From Mobula hypostoma (Eukaryota), in contig NC_086097.1 in the NCBI RefSeq assembly GCF_963921235.1, positions 152,274,001 to 152,338,000 of the forward strand: a stretch of 64,000 nt of DNA, read 5' to 3'. Positions 12,006 to 24,390 of this stretch are shown here, one piece after another (within the stretch, counting starts at the first letter, position 1; the number at the start of each line of letters is the position of its first letter). The position numbers and the translations under genes are program-made. A model generated the notes under the pieces. That model did no database searches. It was not told the origin of the DNA and worked only from the letters and a program-made list of their open reading frames with translations.

Positions 12006-12227
12006 GGCTGGCTGGTGGCCTAGTGGCATCAGCGCCGGACTTCGGAGCAAAGGCTCCCGAGTTTGAATCCAGCCGGCTCCCTTGCATGCTTTCCATCTGT
12101 TCTGGGTTGAGCGTCGAGCTAGCAACTTGGCCTCATAAAAATAAGAAAGCCTACTAGAAAAAGTGCTGTCATGACGGCGTCCCAATAACTCCACTCGGAT
12201 TTAAGGGCTTTCTAAACCTAAATTCTA
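12006..12227 (+). mobile_element. tRNA-Arg(UCG)-derived SINE with target-site duplication
   Basis: The head gtggcctagtgg..gcgccggacttcggagcaaagg..gagtttgaatcc parallels tRNA-Arg(TCG) (A box, CTTCGGA anticodon loop, B box). ATTGAGAACATG is duplicated at 11995-12006 and 12228-12239. Confidence 0.75.
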
Positions 12228-12239
12228 ATTGAGAACATG

Positions 12240-13110
12240 AGATGAAGAGTCCTTTAAAGTGAAAGTGAATAGGCTGTGGCAACCGTTCAGTGATGGGGTG
12301 AGTGAAGTTATCCCCTTTAGTTCAAGTGCCTAATGGCTGAGGGATAATAACTGTTCTTGAACCTGGTGGTGTGGGTCCTGAGGCAGCAACAAGAGAGAGC
12401 ATGGCTTGGGTGTTAACGGTCTTTCAAGATGGATGCTGCTTTCCTATTATAGCACTGTGTAGATCTGCTCAAAGCCAGGTGGGTTTTACCTGTGATGGAC
12501 TGGGCCGTATTGACTACCTTTTGTTAGCTTTTCCATTAAATGGCATTGGTGTTTCCATACCAGGCCATGATGCAACCAGTCAATATATTGTACTCTTCTC
12601 CACGTACCTATAGAAGTTCATTGAAGTTTTAGATGGCATGCTGAATCTTATCAAACTTCTAAGAAAATAGAGGTGGGGCCAGGCTTTCTTCATGATAACT
12701 CTTACATACTGGACCCAGGACAGGTCCTCTGAAATGATAACACCGAGAAATTTAAAGTCGCAGATCCTCCTCTCCAACTCTAAACCCCCCATGAGAACTG
12801 ACTCATGGGCATCTGGTTTCCTCCTCCTGAAGTCAATAATCAGCTCCTTGGGCTTGCTGACATCAAGTGAGAGGTTATTGTTGTGACACCACTCAGCCAG
12901 ATTTTCTATCTCCCTCCTATATGCTGATTTGTCACCACCTTTGATTCAGCCAAAGACAGTGGTGTCGTCAGCAAATCTTACTATGGCATTGGAGCTACGC
13001 TTAGCTACATTGCTGAAAGTGTAAAGTGAGTAGAATGGGGGGCTAAGCACACAGCCTGGTGGTCCATCAATGCCAATGGAGATTGTGGAGGTTGTGCATT
13101 TGGAGTAATA
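12240..13110 (-). mobile_element. Rex1/Babar-like LINE RT fragment
   Basis: GPPGCVLSPPFYSLYT, FADDTTV and FKFLGVIISEDLSW..LYFLRSL motifs. Confidence 0.85.
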
Positions 13111-13859
13111 TATTGTGACTAACACGTTTGAATATGTACCTATCAGAAATTCAGAATAATGACTATCCTTTGTACAAAGATTTTCTTCCATTCATTATTT
13201 TCCATTATTAATAGATTTCTTTTACTGATTCCTCTGTTTTTAGATTTCTTTTAAAGCAGTCATCAATCTACAGGGATAGTCTCTTTGGAGCTGAGTTGAC
13301 TCTATGGAAGTTGTAACTACCAATGGAAACATGTTAATCTGCTGTAGTGGACTAAGAAAGTGCAGAACTGTTCTATATTGATCCTTCAAGGAACTGATCA
13401 CTCACCATCCATCAAACCTCGTTGAAGGAGGGTGACACTGTTTGGGTTGGCTGTGTCTTCATTAGCAGTTATTTTGCCAGTGTTCAAAATTATGGATTTT
13501 ATTCCCACTTCTGTGGTTTGAACACAGACATATTGATTGATACAGTGAATTTGAAAAGAAGCTAATTATTGTCTTTCTTTATGAAGTAATTCACAAGCTT
13601 GAGGCATTTCTGCCTAGACCAGCACTAAATGTTTATCCGTAAGTGCTCCTGAACTGAAGAGCTTACTTGGTAATTTCGGAGGGCTTTTACTCACATTTAG
13701 GCTGCATCTGATTGGAATATCAGAATGTTGTTCCTGCACTGATGCTGTATTGTCTCAGTTATGTGACTAACTATAATTAGTAATAAATTCAAAGCATAAT
13801 CTTAAAATACAAATAGTTTTCAAAACAAAGCAAAATAATCTTTCATTACCTCCGAATAA

Positions 13860-14130
13860 CCCAGAATTCCTTACAGGCAAAGAAATAGTTGTGAAGGTCA
13901 TTATTGTGTTGTAGGAAACATGGCAATGATTTTACACACAGCATGGTCTGACAATCTGCTATTGTTGCTGCTGATTGATGAATAAGTAATGGTGAGGGCA
14001 ACATAGATAACTTCACTGTTCCTCCTTAAAATATTGCCATGAGATCTCCAAAATACACTTGAGAGAATTGATGAGATCTTGGTTCAGAAATACTTCCAAA
14101 AAACATTAACTTACCAACTCAGACACAGTA
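13860..14130 (-). mobile_element. Old Deu-domain SINE remnant (AmnSINE1/SacSINE1-like)
   Basis: tgtaggaaacatggca..cacacagca and actgttcctccttaaaatattgccatgagatct..cacttgagag resemble the reverse complement of the Deu core as I recall it; no alignment was run. Confidence 0.55.
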
Positions 14131-15420
14131 GTATGAACTGAGCCAAAGCACGTGTCAAGTGAATTATATCTATATATCTTACCTCAATTATTCCTTGTAT
14201 TTATGTCTTTATATGAGTTCCCTTGTTAATATAATACCTAGCATTGCCTTCACAAAGTGGAAAGCTTCATAGAAATGGCGTCTTTCCATCTTATTAAGAC
14301 AAATACCTAAATTTGAATTAAATCTGACAGGGTTTTAAAAATAATGTTATAGCACCCAGAATATTTTTACTAATTCTCTCATTGACAATACAAAGGATTA
14401 AGGCCTTTTTTATATAAAGTTGCCTTCTGCCAAAAAAATTACTTTCTGCCACACGCTGTGTCGCCAATTCATAACACATCCGATTAAATTTTTATTTGAA
14501 GTCAAATGCAATGGTTGACGTGTTATTGAAGTTTTGTCCGGCTATTTTGTTACAGCAGAGATGTTTTCTATTAATTCAAAGTTATCCATGTGCATAAGTT
14601 GGAAAACCATTTCAGAAATAAAAGGCAGAGTTACAATATTAGTCAAAAGAAGCCCATTATGATTCCAGTCAATAACTATGTAAGCGGACTAGTCACTTTG
14701 TGGAAATAATTGTGAGAATGCAATGCAATCTTTAAAGAATGCAAGACCTTGCTATCAATTATAGATGTATATAACTCAAGTAAAACCATTTTAATGCTCT
14801 TATCATTTGCTGTTGTCTTCTAGTATTGCACCAATACATCTAACAGGTAAAAAATAGTTGTTATTCATAATTGGAGAGAAATGGTTTCTGCTTCAGGTTC
14901 GCATCATCTGTCAGAATTCTGGTAATGATGATAAGCTCATTTTCAGCAGTACAAGTCAGGCCATTTGAGTCTATCTATTTTTAACTACTGATAGGCCAGT
15001 GAGCAGTCTCACCAGGATTCTGCTAGTTCATCAGGCAGAGATGATTGAAAGCTTAACCTTTTTGAGCATTCAAGTGGAGGAGGACAAGAGAGGTTACGGA
15101 TAAACAATGACGGACAGTAGATCAGTAATTTTTTTATTTTATTATTTCTCTGATGAAGAGAAGTTTAATGAAATGTTTATCAAGGCAATGTACATCAAGT
15201 GAATAATGTAGTGAAGAAGGTGTCTGGTCTCTTGGTCATTATTGGTAGGGAGAAGAGCCGCAATGGAATGTTGCCAGCTCTATAAAATATCCTTGTAAAT
15301 TTTCTTTGCATTCTTATAATCTTATTGCGATCTTTGTTGTAGGTAGGTGACAAAAACTTCACACAATACAACAAATTAGGCCTTACCAGCATCTTGTAGA
15401 TATATTTCATATAACTATGC

Positions 15421-15603
15421 CACACACAAAATGCTGGAGGAACTCAGCAGCATCTATGGAAAAGAGTACAGTCAATGTTTCAGGCCACAACCCTTCAGCA
15501 GGACTGTACTCTTTTCCATAGATACTGCTTGGCATGCTGAGTTCCTCCAGTATTTTGTGTGTTCTTTGGATTTCCAGCATCTGCAGATTTTCTCTTGTTT
15601 GTG
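15421..15603. mobile_element. Palindromic Penelope-derived mini-element with a degenerate hammerhead at its fold-back point
   Basis: acacacaaaatgctggaggaactcagca..ctatggaaaagagtacagtc is mirrored by gactgtactcttttccatag..tgctgagttcctccagtattttgtgtgt. It ends with the pLTR tail tttccagcatctgcaga. Confidence 0.75.
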
Positions 15604-16872
15604 ATTCCAATAATTATACCCAATACTCTAATTTATGAAAGCCAATATGTCAAAAGCCCTCTTTATGACTCTATCTACCTGAGATGTTACTCTCAAGGAA
15701 TTGTGGATCTGTACTTCCAGATCCCTTTGTTCTACCACACTCTTCATTGACCTCCAGTCACTGTGTAAGTACTACCCTGGTTTTTCCTCACAATGAGCAA
15801 CTCCCAATACTTGTCTGCATTAAGTTTCATCTGCCGTTTTTTAGCCCATCGATAGTCCTTCCTCACTGTTCACTACAGCTCCAATCTTGGGGTTGGGGTT
15901 CTGCTATACCTGCTATGTACCTCCTTCTTCTTTTTAACCATGGCCTCAATACCCCTTGAAAAGCAAGGTTCCCTGAACCTGTTAGCCTTGCCTTTTATTC
16001 TAATAGGAACATATAAACTCTCTACTCTCAATATTTCACTTTTGAAGGCCTCTCACATACCAAGCACTCTTTTGTCAGTATACAACCTATCCCAATCCAC
16101 TGCCACCAGATCTATTACGATGCCATCAAAATTGGCACCTCTCCAATTTAGGATGTCAACCTGAAGACCAGTCCTATCCTTTTCCATAATTATCCTGAAA
16201 CCAATAGAATATGATCACTATGTATACATCTGTCATCTGCTCTGTCTCATTTTCTAATAATAGATCCAGTATATCATTTTTAAGTTCAAGTTTATTGCCA
16301 TTCAACCATATTCATGAATACTGACATCTGTAAATTTGCTGATCCATTTTAACACATTGTAATCTAAATTATTAATTTACATGACAAACAATGACATACT
16401 CTGCACTAAACCCTACAACACACTACTAGTTACAGGCCTCCAGTCAGAGAGGCAACCACCCACTATCACTTTTTGGCTTCTCCCGTGAAGCCAATGTTGA
16501 ATCTAATTTGCTACTTCATCTTGAATGTGAACTGACTGGAATTTCTTGACCAATCTCTCATGTGAGGTCTTGTCAAAGACCTTGGTAAAGTCCACGTAGA
16601 CAACATCCACTGCCATTCCTTTATCAACTGTTCTGGTAACTACTTCAAAAAACTCTATAAGATTGATTGTACAAGACCGATCATGCACTATGTTGACTAT
16701 CAAGAATCAGTCCCTGTCTATCCAATGGTTCAATAGTTAACTTTATACTTAATACTTACAGTATATATCCAGTCACTCCAATAACCTACCAACTACTGAT
16801 GTCAGCCTCACAGGCCTATAATTTATTGACTTAGTCTTAGAGCCTTTCATATACAACAGAAAAGCATGAGCT

Positions 16873-19800
16873 TAACAATAGGTACTCCTGTTTGAGTACT
16901 GTTGTGGGGGACAGCTTACCTGGGGGAAGCGACAGTGGCCCTGCCTCCGGCACAGAGTCTGGCCCTGTAGCTCAGAAGGGTAGGGCAAGGAAGAGGAGGG
17001 CAGCTGTGATAGGGGACTCGATAGTAAGGCGGTCAGATAGGCGATTCTGTGGACGCAGTCCAGAGACCCGGATGGTAGTTTGCCTCCCTGGTGCCAGGGT
17101 CCGGGATATTTCTGATCATGTTCAAGATATCCTGAAGTGGGAGTGTGAGGAGCCAGAGGTCGTGGTACATATAGGTACCAATGACATAGGTAGGAAAAGG
17201 GAAGAGGTCCTGAAAGGAGAATATAGGGAGCTAGGAAGGGAGTTGAGAAAAAGGACCGCAAAGGTAGTAATCTCGGGATTACTGCCTGTGCCACGCGACA
17301 GTGAGAGTAGGAATGCGATGAGGTGGAGGATAAATGCGTGGCTGAGGGATTGGAGCAGGAGGCAGGGATTCAAGTTTTTGGATCATTGGGACCTCTTTTG
17401 GCGCAGGCGTGACCTGTACAAAAAGGACGGGTTACACTTGAATCCTAGGGGGACCAATATCCTGGCAGGGAGATTAGCGAGGGCTACTGAGGTGACTTTA
17501 AACTAGAATGGTTGGGGGTGGGAATCAAATTAAAGAGGCTAGGCGAGAGGAGGTTAGTTCACAACAGGGGGATGGGAACCAGTGCAGAGAGACAGAGGGG
17601 TGTAAAGTGAGGGTAGAAGCAAAAAGTAGTAAGGAGAAAAGTAAAAGTGGCAGGCCAACAAATCCAGGGCAAGCATCGAAAAGGGCCACTTTTCAACATA
17701 ATTGTATAAGGGCTAAGAGAGTTATAAAAGAGCGCCTGAAGGCTTTGTGTGTCAATGCAAGGAGCATTCGTAATAAGGTGGATGAATTGCAAGTGCAGAT
17801 TGTTATTAATGATTATGATATAGTTGGGGTCACAGAGACATGGCTCCAGGGTGACCAAGGATGGGAGCTCAACGTTCAGGGATATTCAATATTCAGGAGG
17901 GATAGACATGAAAGAAAAGGAGGTGGGGTGGCGTTGCTGGTTAAAGATGAGATTAACGCAATAGAAAGGAAGGACATAAGCCGGGAAGATGTGGAATCGA
18001 TATGGGTAGAGCTGCGTAACACTAAGGGGCAGAAAACGCTGGTGGGAGTTGTGTACAGGCCACCTAACAGTAGTAGTGAGGTCGGAGATGGTATTAAACA
18101 GGAAATTAGAAATGTGTGCAATAAAGGAACAGCAGTTATAATGGGTGACTTCAATCTACATGTAGATTGGGTGAACCAAATTGGTAAAGGTGCTGAGGAA
18201 GAGGATTTCTTGGAATGTATGCGGGATGGTTTTTTGAACCAACATGTCGAGGAACCAACGAGAGAGCAGTCTATTCTAGACTGGGTTTTGAGCAATGAGG
18301 AAGGGTTAATTAGCAATCTTGTCGTGAGAGGCCCCTTGGGTAAGAGTGACTATAATATGGTGGAATTCTTCATTAAGATGGAGAGTGACATAGTTAATTC
18401 AGAAACAAAGGTTCTGAACTTAAAGAGGGGTAACTTTGAAGGTATGAGACATGAATTAGCTAAGATAGACTGGCAAATGACACTTAAAGGATTGACGGTG
18501 GATATGCAATGGCAAGCATTTAAGGATTGCATGGATGAACTACAACAATTGTTCATCCCAGTTTGGCAAAAGAATAAATTAAGGAAGGTAGTGCACCCGT
18601 GGCTGACAAGAGAAATTAGGGATAGTATCAATTCCAAAGAAGAAGCATACAAATTAGCCAGAAAAAGTGGCTCACCTGAGGACTGGGAGAAATTCAGAGT
18701 TCAGCAGAGGAGGGCTAAGGGCTTAATTAGGAAGGGGAAAAAAGATTATGAGAGAAAACTGGCAGGGAACATAAAAACTGACTGTAAAAGCTTTTATAGA
18801 TATGTAAAAAGGAAAAGACTGGTAAAGACAAATGTAGGTCCCCTACAGGCAGAAACAGGTGAATTGATTATGGGGAGCAAGGACATGGCAGACCAATTGA
18901 ATAATTACTTTGGTTCTGTCTTCACTAAGGAGGACATAAATAATCTTCCAGAAATAGTAGGGGACAGAGGGTCCAGTGAGATGGAGGAACTGAGCGAAAT
19001 ACATGTTAGGGAAGTGGTGTTAGGTAAATTGAAGGGATTAAAGGCAGATAAATCCCCAGGGCCAGATGGTCTGCATCCCAGAGTGCTTAAGGAAGTAGCC
19101 CAAGAAATAGTGGATGCATTAGAGATAATTTTTCAAAACTCGTTAGATTCTGGACTAGTTCCTGAGGATTGGAGGGTGGCTAATGTAACCCCACTTTTTA
19201 AAAAAGGAGGGAGAGAGAAACCGGGGAATTATAGACCAGTTAGCCTAACGTCGGTGGTGGGGAAACTGCTGTAGTCCGTTATCAAAGATGTAATAACAGC
19301 ACATTTGGAAAGCGGTGAAATCATCGGACAAAGTCAGCATGGATTTGTGAAAGGAAAATCATGTCTGACGAATCTCATAGAATTTTTTGAGTATGTAATT
19401 AGTAGAGTGGATAGGGGAGAACCAGTGTATGTGGTATATTTGGATTTTCAAAAGGCTTTTGACAAGGTCCCACACAGGAGATTAGTGTGCAAACTTAAAG
19501 CACATGGTATTGGGGGTAAGGTATTGATGTGGATAGAGAATTGGTTAGCAGACAGGAAGCAAAGAGTAGGAATAAACGGGACCTTTTCAGAATGGCAGGC
19601 AGTGACTAGTGGGGTACCGCAAGGCTCAGTGCTGGGACCCCAGTTGTTTCCAATATATATTAATGACTTGGATGAGGGAATTAAATGCAGCATCTCCAAG
19701 TTTGCGGATGACACGAAGCTGGGCGGCAGTGTTAGCTGTGAGGAGGATGCTAAGAGGATGCAGGGTGACTTGGATAGGTTGGGTGAGTGGGCAAATTCAT

Positions 19801-20633
19801 GGCAGATGCAATTTAATGTGGATAAATGTGAAGTTATCCACTTTGGTGGCAAAAATAGGAAAACAGATTATTATCTGAATGGTGGCCGATTAGGAAAAGG
19901 GGAGGTGCAACGAGACCTGGGTGTCATTATACACCAGTCATTGAAAGTGGGCATGCAGGTACAGCAGGCGGTGAAAAAGGCGAATGGTATGCTGGCATTT
20001 ATAGCGAGAGGATTCGAGTACAGGAGCAGGGAGGTACTACTGCAGTTGTACAAGGCCTTGGTGAGACCACACCTGGAGTATTGTGTGCAGTTTTGGTTCC
20101 CTAATCTGAGGAAAGACATCCTTGCCATAGAGGGAGTACAAAGAAGGTTCACCAGATTGATTTCTGGGATGGCAGGACTTTCATATGAAGAAAGACTGGA
20201 TGAACTGGACTTGTACTCGTTGGAATTTAGAAGATTGAGGGAGGATCTGATTGAAACGTATAAAATCCTAAAGGGATTGGACAGGCTAGATGCAGGAAGA
20301 TTGTTCCCGATGTTGGGGAAGGCCAGAACAAGGGGTCACGGTTTGAGGATAGAGGGGAAGCCTTTTAGGACCGAGATTAGGAAAAACTTCTTCACAAAGA
20401 GAGTGGTGAATCTGTGGAATTCTCTGCCACAGGAAACAGTTGAGGCCAGTTCATTGGCTATATTTAAGAGGGTGTTAGATATGGCCCTTGTGGCTACGGG
20501 GATCAGGGTGTATGGAGGGAAGGCTGGTGCAGGGTTCTGAGTTGGATGATCAACCATGATCATAATAAATGGCGGTGCAGGCTCGAAGGGCCAAATGGCC
20601 TACTCCTGCACCTATCTTCTGTTTCTATGTTTC
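16873..20633 (+). mobile_element. Young CR1 LINE, 5'-truncated in ORF1 (SGNH esterase intact), ORF2 with one premature stop
   Basis: ORF 16892-17506 has GDS..G..GTND..DGLH. ORFs 17508-19274 and 19305-20540 share a frame and are separated by TAG 19272-19274. The 3' tail is (tttctatg)n. Confidence 0.97.
17508..20540 (+). pseudogene. CR1 ORF2 (APE endonuclease + reverse transcriptase), single nonsense mutation
   Basis: CVNARS, VTETWL, MGDFN, DKSPGPDG, YLDFQKAFD, GVPQGSVLGP, FADDTK, LVRPHLEYC. Confidence 0.95.
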
Positions 20634-20874
20634 AAACCTCTAGCACCTCACCTGTGGCTAAGGCTGATTTGAATACCTCTGCTAGGGCCACTACAATTGT
20701 TGCATTAGCCCCCCGTGAGGTTTGAAGGAACACCTTTTCAGGCCTGGTGGATTTATCCAGCCTAGTCTACATCAAGACAGCAAGCACCTTCTCCTCTGTA
20801 AACTGCATACGATACATAAACTCACTGCTATTTTGCCTCACTTCTATAGTCTCTGTATCTGTCTCCAAGTAAAC

Positions 20875-23800
20875 AAAGTACAGGCCATTCAGCCCACAAT
20901 GTTGTGCCGACCCTTAAACCCTGCCTCCCATATAACCCTCCACCTTAAATTCCCCCATATACCTGTCTAGTAGTCTCTTAAATTTCACTAGTGTATCTGC
21001 CTCCACCACTGACTCAGGCAGTGCATTCCATGCACCAACCACTCTCTGAGTGAAAAACCTTCCTCTAATATCCCCCATGAGCTTCCCACCCCTTATCTTA
21101 AAGCTGTGTCCTCTTGTATTGAGCAGTGGTGCCCTGAGGAAGAGGCGCTGGCTGTCCACTCTATCTATTCCTCTTAATATCTTGTATACCTCTATCATGT
21201 CTCCTCTCATCCTCCTCTCCAAAGAGTAAAGACCCAGCTCCCTTAATCTCTGATCATAGTGCACACTCGCTAAACCAGACAGCTTCCTGGTAAATCTCCT
21301 CTGTACCATTTCCAATGCTTCCACATCCTTCCTATAGTGAGGTGACCAGAACTGGACACAGTACTCTGAGTGTGGCCTAACCAGAGTTTTATAGAGTTGC
21401 ATCATTACCTCGCGACTCTTAAACTCTATACCTCGACTTATGAAAGCTAACACCCCATAAGCTTTTATAACTACCCTATCTACCTGTGAGGCAACTTTCA
21501 GGGATCTGTGGGCATGTACCCCTAGATCCCTCTGCTCCTGCACACTACCAAGTATCCTGCCATTGACTTTGTACTCTGCCTTGGAGTTAGTCCTTGCAAA
21601 GTGTACCACCTCACACTTCTCCAGGATGAACTCCATCTGCTACTTCTCAGCCCACTTCTGCATCCTATCAGTGTCCCTCTGCGATCTTCAACAATCCTCT
21701 AAACTATCCACAACACCACCAACCTTTGTCTCATCTGCAAACTTGCCAACCCACCCTTCTACCCCAACATCCAGGTTGTTAATAAAAATCACGAAAAGTG
21801 GAGGTCCCAGAACTGATCCTTGCAGGACACCACTAGTCACAACCCTCTAATCCAAATATACTCCCTCCACCATGACCCTCTGCCTTCTGCAGGCAAGCCA
21901 ATTCTGAATTCACCTGGCCAAACTTCCCTGCATCCCATGCCTTCTGACTTTCTGAATAACCCTACGTGTGGAACCTTATCAAATACCTTACTAAAATCCA
22001 TGTAGATCACATCCACTGCACTACCCTCATCTATGTGCCTGGTCACCTCCTCAAAGAAGTCTATCAGGCTTGTTAGACCTGATCTGCCCTTCATAAAGTC
22101 ATGCTGACTGTCCCTGATCAGACCATGATTCTCTAAATCCCCATAGATCCTATCTCTAAGAATCTTTTCCAACAGCTTTCCGACCACAGACGTAAGGCTC
22201 ACTGGTCTATAATTACCCAGATTATCCCTACTACCCTTTTTGAACAAGAGGACAACATCCGCCTCCCTCCAATCCTCCGGTACCATTCACGTGGACAACG
22301 AGGACATAAAGATCCTAGCCAGAGGCTCAGCAATCTCTTCCCTTGCCTCATGGAGCAGCCTGGGGAATATTCCGTCAGGCCCCGGGGACTTATCCGTCCT
22401 AATATATTTTAACAAATCCAACACCTCCTCTCCCTTAATATCAACATGCTCCAGAACATCAACCTCACTCATATTGTCCTCACCACCAAGTTCCCTCTCA
22501 TTGGTGAATACCCAAGAGAAGTATTTATTGAGGATCTCGCTCATTTCCACAGCTTCCAGGCACATCTTCCCACCTTTATCTCTAATTGGTCCCATCTTCA
22601 CTCCTGTCATCCTCTTGATCTTCACATAATTGAAGAACGCCTTGGGGTTTTCCTTTACCCTACTTGCCAAGGCCTTCTCATGCCCCCTTCCTGCTCTCCT
22701 CAGTCCCTTCTTAAGCTCCTTTCTTGCTTCCCTATATTCCTCAATAGACCCATCTGATCCTTGCTTCCTAAACCTCATGTATGCTGTCTTCTTCCACCTG
22801 ACTAGATTTTCCACCTCACTTGTCACCCATGGTTCCTTCACACTATCATTCTTTATCTTCCTCACTGGGACAAATTTATCCCTAACATCCTGCAAGAGAT
22901 CCCTAAATATCAACCACATGTCCGTAATACATTTCCCTGCAAAAACATCATCCCAATTCACACCCGCAAGTTCTAGCCTTATAGCCTCATAACTTGCCCT
23001 TGCCCAATTAAAATTTTTTCTGTCCTCTCTGATTCTATCCTTTTCCAAGATAATGCTAAAGGCCAGGGAGCTGTGGTCACTGTCCCCCAGATGCTCACCC
23101 ACTGAGAGATCTGTGACCTGGCCTGGTTCGTTACCTAATACTAGATCTAGTATGGCATTCCCCCTAGTCGTCCTGTCAACATACTGTGACAGGAATCCAT
23201 CCTGGACACACTCAAAAAACTCCGCCCTGTCTAAACCATTGGAACTAATCAGGTGCCAATCAATATTAGGGAAGTCACCCATGATAATAACCCTGTTATT
23301 TTTGCACCTTTCCAAAATCTGCCTCCCAATCTGTTCCTCGGTATCTCTGTTGCTACCAGGGGGCCTATAGAATACTCCCAATAGAGTAACTGCTCCCTTC
23401 CTGTTCCTGACTTCCACCCATACTGACTCAAAAGAGGATCCTGCTACATTACCCACCCTTTCTGTAGCTGTGATAGTATCCCTGACCAGTAATGCTACCC
23501 TTCCTCCCCTTTCTCCTCCCTCTGTATACCTTTTAAAGCATTGAAATCCAGGAATATTGAGAATCCATTCCTGCCCTGGGTGCCAGCCAAGTCTCTGTAA
23601 TGGCCACTACATCATAATTCCATGTATGTATCCAAGCTCTCAGTTCATCACCTTTGTTCCTCATGCTTCTCGCATTAAAGTACATGTACTTTAGCCCTTC
23701 TACCTTACTACCTTTACACTCTTTATTCTGCTTCTCTTTCCTCAAAGCCTCTCTATATGTTAGATCTGGCTTTACTCCATGCACTTCTTTCACTGCTCTA

Positions 23801-24052
23801 TCGTTCCGGGACCCATCCCCCTCGCAAATTAGTTTAAACCCTCCCGAACCATGCTAGCAAACCTACCTGCAAGGATATTGCTCCCCCTCGAGTTCAGGTG
23901 CAACCCATCCAATCTGTACAGGTCCAACCTTCCCCAGAAGAGATCCCAATGATCCAAAAATCTAAAACCCTGCCCCCTGCACCAACTCCTCAGCCACGCA
24001 TTCAACTGCCATCTCCTCCAATTCTTACCATCACTATCAAGTAGCACTGGCT
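20875..24052 (-). mobile_element. CR1 LINE (third subfamily), 5'-truncated in ORF1, frameshifted ORF2
   Basis: ORF1 end LDGLHLNSRGSNILAGRFASMVREGLN* (stop 23829-23831). APE YFNARS and SDH. RT DKSPGPDG, YMDFSK, LVRPHSEYC. Confidence 0.95.
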
Positions 24053-24390
24053 GATATACTGTAGATGAAAAAGTCAATTTAAGATCTCCCCTGTTTTTTT
24101 GGCTCAATGAATAGTTGACCACACTGATCTTCAAGTAGACCAATGTTGTGTCTTGCTGTAATTTTTCTCTGAATATATGAGTAGAAGCCTTCAGGATTCT
24201 CCTTTGTTTTGTCTTCCAGAGCAACCTCATGCTTTCTTTTAGTCCTCCTGACTTCCCTCTTAAGTATTCTCTTTCATTGAAGACCTTAATACCATAAGAT
24301 ATAGGAGCAGAATTTAGCCATTTGGCCCACTGAGTCTTCAAAGCCATTTGATCATGGATGATCCATTTCCCTCTCAATTGCACTCTGCCC

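Larger units (their letters stand above)
15290..24285 (-). mobile_element. Old CR1 LINE split into pieces (15290-15420, 15604-16870, 20634-20874, 24053-24285) by younger insertions
   Basis: Collinear minus-strand motifs across the breaks: ENPEGFY (about 24190), DKSTRPE for DKSPGPD (about 20750), VYVDFTKVFDK (about 16590), KFTD, LVRPNLLYC (about 15380). Confidence 0.8.

Noticed and set aside
12006..12085. Functional tRNA-Arg gene
   Set aside because: The acceptor and T stems do not pair properly, and it continues into a SINE body bounded by a TSD.
23829..24383. 184-aa ORF as a novel gene
   Set aside because: It is a chance read-through across three adjacent CR1 pieces; only the last 60 or so residues are genuine ORF1 esterase.
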